Below, piece after piece: positions 61,473 through 64,000 of a stretch of DNA of 64,000 bases (positions are counted from its first letter, which is position 1; every line of letters begins with the position of its first letter). The stretch is from Fistulifera solaris (lineage: Eukaryota), in the NCBI GenBank assembly GCA_030295235.1, contig AP026145.1:496001-560000 (forward strand). Direction: 5' to 3'. Below the pieces are notes generated by a model. That model had not been told where the DNA came from and searched no databases. It saw only the letters and a program-made list of their open reading frames with translations. The translations under genes and the position numbers were made by a program.

Positions 61473-62634
61473 TTATCGCGACAAAATGCGAATGTCAGTT
61501 TTGACCACATTAAGCCACTGAGCACCCATTCGTCGATCGCTGAAGCGCACAAAAAAATCTCCATTTGCGCGCTTCTTTTCTATCCATCCTGTGCAAAACG
61601 ATCTTGCCTCAGGGACATATACTGCCACCTGTTGACCTTGTTGGGGAGACAAGTCTGTCAAGACAGCCACCTTTTGACTGGGCGAGGACGATAATTGCCC
61701 CTCTTTCTCTCTTTGCTTTTTCGCCATGTGAAACGACTTTCTTGTGTTTCGTTCGAGTCTATCCATGTCAGCTACAAGACGCCAAGGTCCTTCCTTGGTA
61801 CCGGCAAGGAAACGGCCTCCCCGCCTGTGCACACTGTTTATTATCTTTTCCACAATCCCTTTCTTATAATCGGCACGGAAGTATTCTTCACAGCTATCGT
61901 AGATTTCACGGTGGAAACGCTTATTCCCTTCGTGGCTACTACATGTCCGCCCTGAACAATATCAAACAATACAAGAAGTAAGTCAGACGAACTCTTCACG
62001 GCGCTTCAAATCCTTGATTGCGAAGTCGTTACTAACCTGTGCCGATCAAAACATCATCGCAGGTTGGTTCGATTTCAGCATCTAGCGTGCCGAGAGCGCT
62101 CGTTTTGATGTTCTTCAAATCGTGGATGCTGTCATCCGATACAACAGAAGCTGACCTGCTTCTTTCTTCGAACTCGATATCCTCTATCGGTTCACTCTCA
62201 GAGCCTGTCTTGCTCCCAGGAGAAACTGGCGCTTCGAGCATTTTTCGAGTCGTTGAGATGGCAGCGTCCGTATTAAAGACGCAAGGGGTTCCATCAACCC
62301 CAACTGAACACTCTTTTCTGTAACCGCTGAAGGGCGAGAAAGGATGAGTTTGCAGCTGACCGATTGGATACATCGCACGCGTCGTCGAAGTAGGCAGGGC
62401 TTGTGAGTTCAGGGTCAAATCTCCAATGCAGAAACTTTGGGAGATGATTTCTTTGCAATTGTTTCTAAGCTGGCTGTCTTCGCATGCGTTCATCTTGCTT
62501 CGCTTTGCTTGACGATTCTCATAAGCTCGAAGATCATGGAATCTCTTCTTCGGCGGCAAAGTCTTAGAACTTCGCGCTCGGCTAAGATTCAAGAGACAGT
62601 CGGCGACCGTAATTTCAATGTTGTCCAGGATCAT
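61473..62634 (-). CDS. DUF6824-domain protein with a C-terminal Tudor-like module (intron 61952-62036; frameshift near 61857)
   Basis: Splicing gives PTCDDVLIGTGRTCSSHEGNKRF...KR/IVEKIINSVHRRGGRFL; C-terminal GQQVAVY.....F.TG.I......FFVRF.D; N-terminal ADCLLNLS and LPPKKR motifs. Confidence 0.75.
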
Positions 62635-63563
62635 GATGAAAATTTGTGTTGTTTGTGAGGGTGTGAAAAGATCTGATCTTTTGCGCATCAACAAAATATA
62701 CACCAGGTACGTGTCAGGTGAGGCAAAAGTGATTCCTTCTCCACTTCCATCAAAAGAGCAACATGTCGCATTTCGTGCTTTTCACGATTTTTTGTGTGCA
62801 GAGGGTGCGGCCATTTTGAGAGCTAAAAAAATAGAAATGGTACGGAGTACACTGTGAGATTATACAGACTTTTCTTCCCTTTACCTTTCCTCCAATCGTG
62901 CACTTCGTGCTTTGCTCGCATTGCTCGTGCCGAGTGTGTGTCATAAAAATTCAACTTGCCTTCACTATATAAGCAAGTGTTGTTTTTGGTAACGTAAAGA
63001 CATCGTAGCGACATCAGACATCTATGAAACCATAGTATAGTCTATTAAGTAGAATGTGCGTCAACCGTGCCGCACACGTGACCACTTGACACGTGACGAC
63101 AATTGAATCAAGATGAAGTACCTGTACCAGGTACCGGTACAGCCTTTTGATACCTTTAGCTAGGCCTAAGCGAATCTATGATGAATTATGATTATTTATG
63201 ATTGATGATTCATAAATTATAAGTCATCAACATCATCTTATGAATCACGTGCAAACTAGAGACCTATTACTTGTACATCACAAGATAGATGCCGTTTGAT
63301 TTCAGAGTAATAGTTATTACGCCAGTCTTGAGAGATTAGCCATACGCTCTATTTTGGGGGTTTTCTCTGTGCTGTAACTCTTTTTTCTTCTTTAATTAAG
63401 TATTCTAGCAGAGATGGAATCACAAACAATCACATTAGGTTATGACTACATCTCATGTCACAAAGCTTCTCCATAATTTCATGATCAGCATAGCGAAATG
63501 ATCGGTTCGAAGGTATAAAGTAAGGACTGAGTAGAACATGGAACCGACTATCCGCCTTTTCTA

Positions 63564-64000
63564 TCACCAATTGTTGCGATTGCCATTCCCTTCCGTTTCA
63601 TTTTCACCATCATTTAAAATGCATTGTACAGTATCTGCTGAGATCTCTTGGAAAATCGATAGACCACGAGTATGCTGACGTTTCGATTTGGGTTTGATCT
63701 CCTTGCAAACAACGCCGCTCGCCAGATCGAGCTTTTCGGCTGTGGCCTTGTCATGATGCTTCTTGCACATGCCGCCAAGAATAGCTTGTTTGCTGCAGTT
63801 ATCAACTAAACAAACGCGTTTCTTTGCACCATGGGATATGCACTTGCCACCTTGTACAGCCACTTTATCACAACCTTCAGCATCGCAGCGTTTTCTTGCC
63901 GGTCCATGCGTACTACAAAGTCCAGCTTTCTTCACATTCTTGTCACACCCTGGGTGCTTGCATGTCTTGCGCTTCGCGCCGTGCGTAATACACAGACCTC
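63564..64000 (-). CDS. WRKY19-like C3H zinc-finger repeat protein, 3' part (begins beyond the right edge)
   Basis: Repeats C-x4-C-x-K-x4-G-x-C-x2-HG (CDAEGCDKVAVQGGKCISHG, CLVDNCSKQAILGGMCKKH) and C-terminal HTRGLSIF. Confidence 0.85.
   Translation of the reverse strand, partial: GLCITHGAKRKTCKHPGCDKNVKKAGLCSTHGPARKRCDAEGCDKVAVQGGKCISHGAKKRVCLVDNCSKQAILGGMCKKHHDKATAEKLDLASGVVCKEIKPKSKRQHTRGLSIFQEISADTVQCILNDGENETEGNGNRNNW

Noticed and set aside
1..64000. tRNA, rRNA, snRNA, Fanzor/TnpB or viral genes
   Set aside because: None was recognised by eye. tRNAscan-SE, Infernal/Rfam and HMM searches would be needed to exclude small RNAs.

Overview
Gene-dense eukaryotic nuclear DNA with short GT-AG introns, most likely from a pennate diatom (inferred from bipartite plastid-targeting presequences, DUF6824 and WRKY19-like repeat proteins, secreted LRR proteins and TGACTGTGA-type intergenic motifs). 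It holds about 26 protein-coding loci, including purH/ATIC, an HRD1 E3 ligase, a full-size ABCA transporter, an FKBP, a Cgr1-family protein, a GON4L-like SANT protein, a divergent kinesin, a 2/2-globin-like protein and a secreted bacterial-type choice-of-anchor-L protein. Mobile DNA comprises a complete, very recent Ty3/Gypsy LTR retrotransposon (11232-16479; 263-bp LTRs, AGGCA target-site duplication, no canonical PBS) and an adjacent 1.37-kb non-autonomous DNA transposon with ~77-bp TIRs. Both sit inside an intergenic tract packed with micro-tandem duplications. The least explained structure is a dispersed repeat system marked by a 23-bp dyad (CCACGACTG-N5-CAGTCATGA). It is associated with palindrome-cored minisatellites, including a 7x~52-bp higher-order repeat and an alternating A/B ~34-bp array. 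Many genes carry single-base frameshifts, which most probably reflect consensus sequencing errors. No CRISPR array, rRNA or tRNA could be supported.
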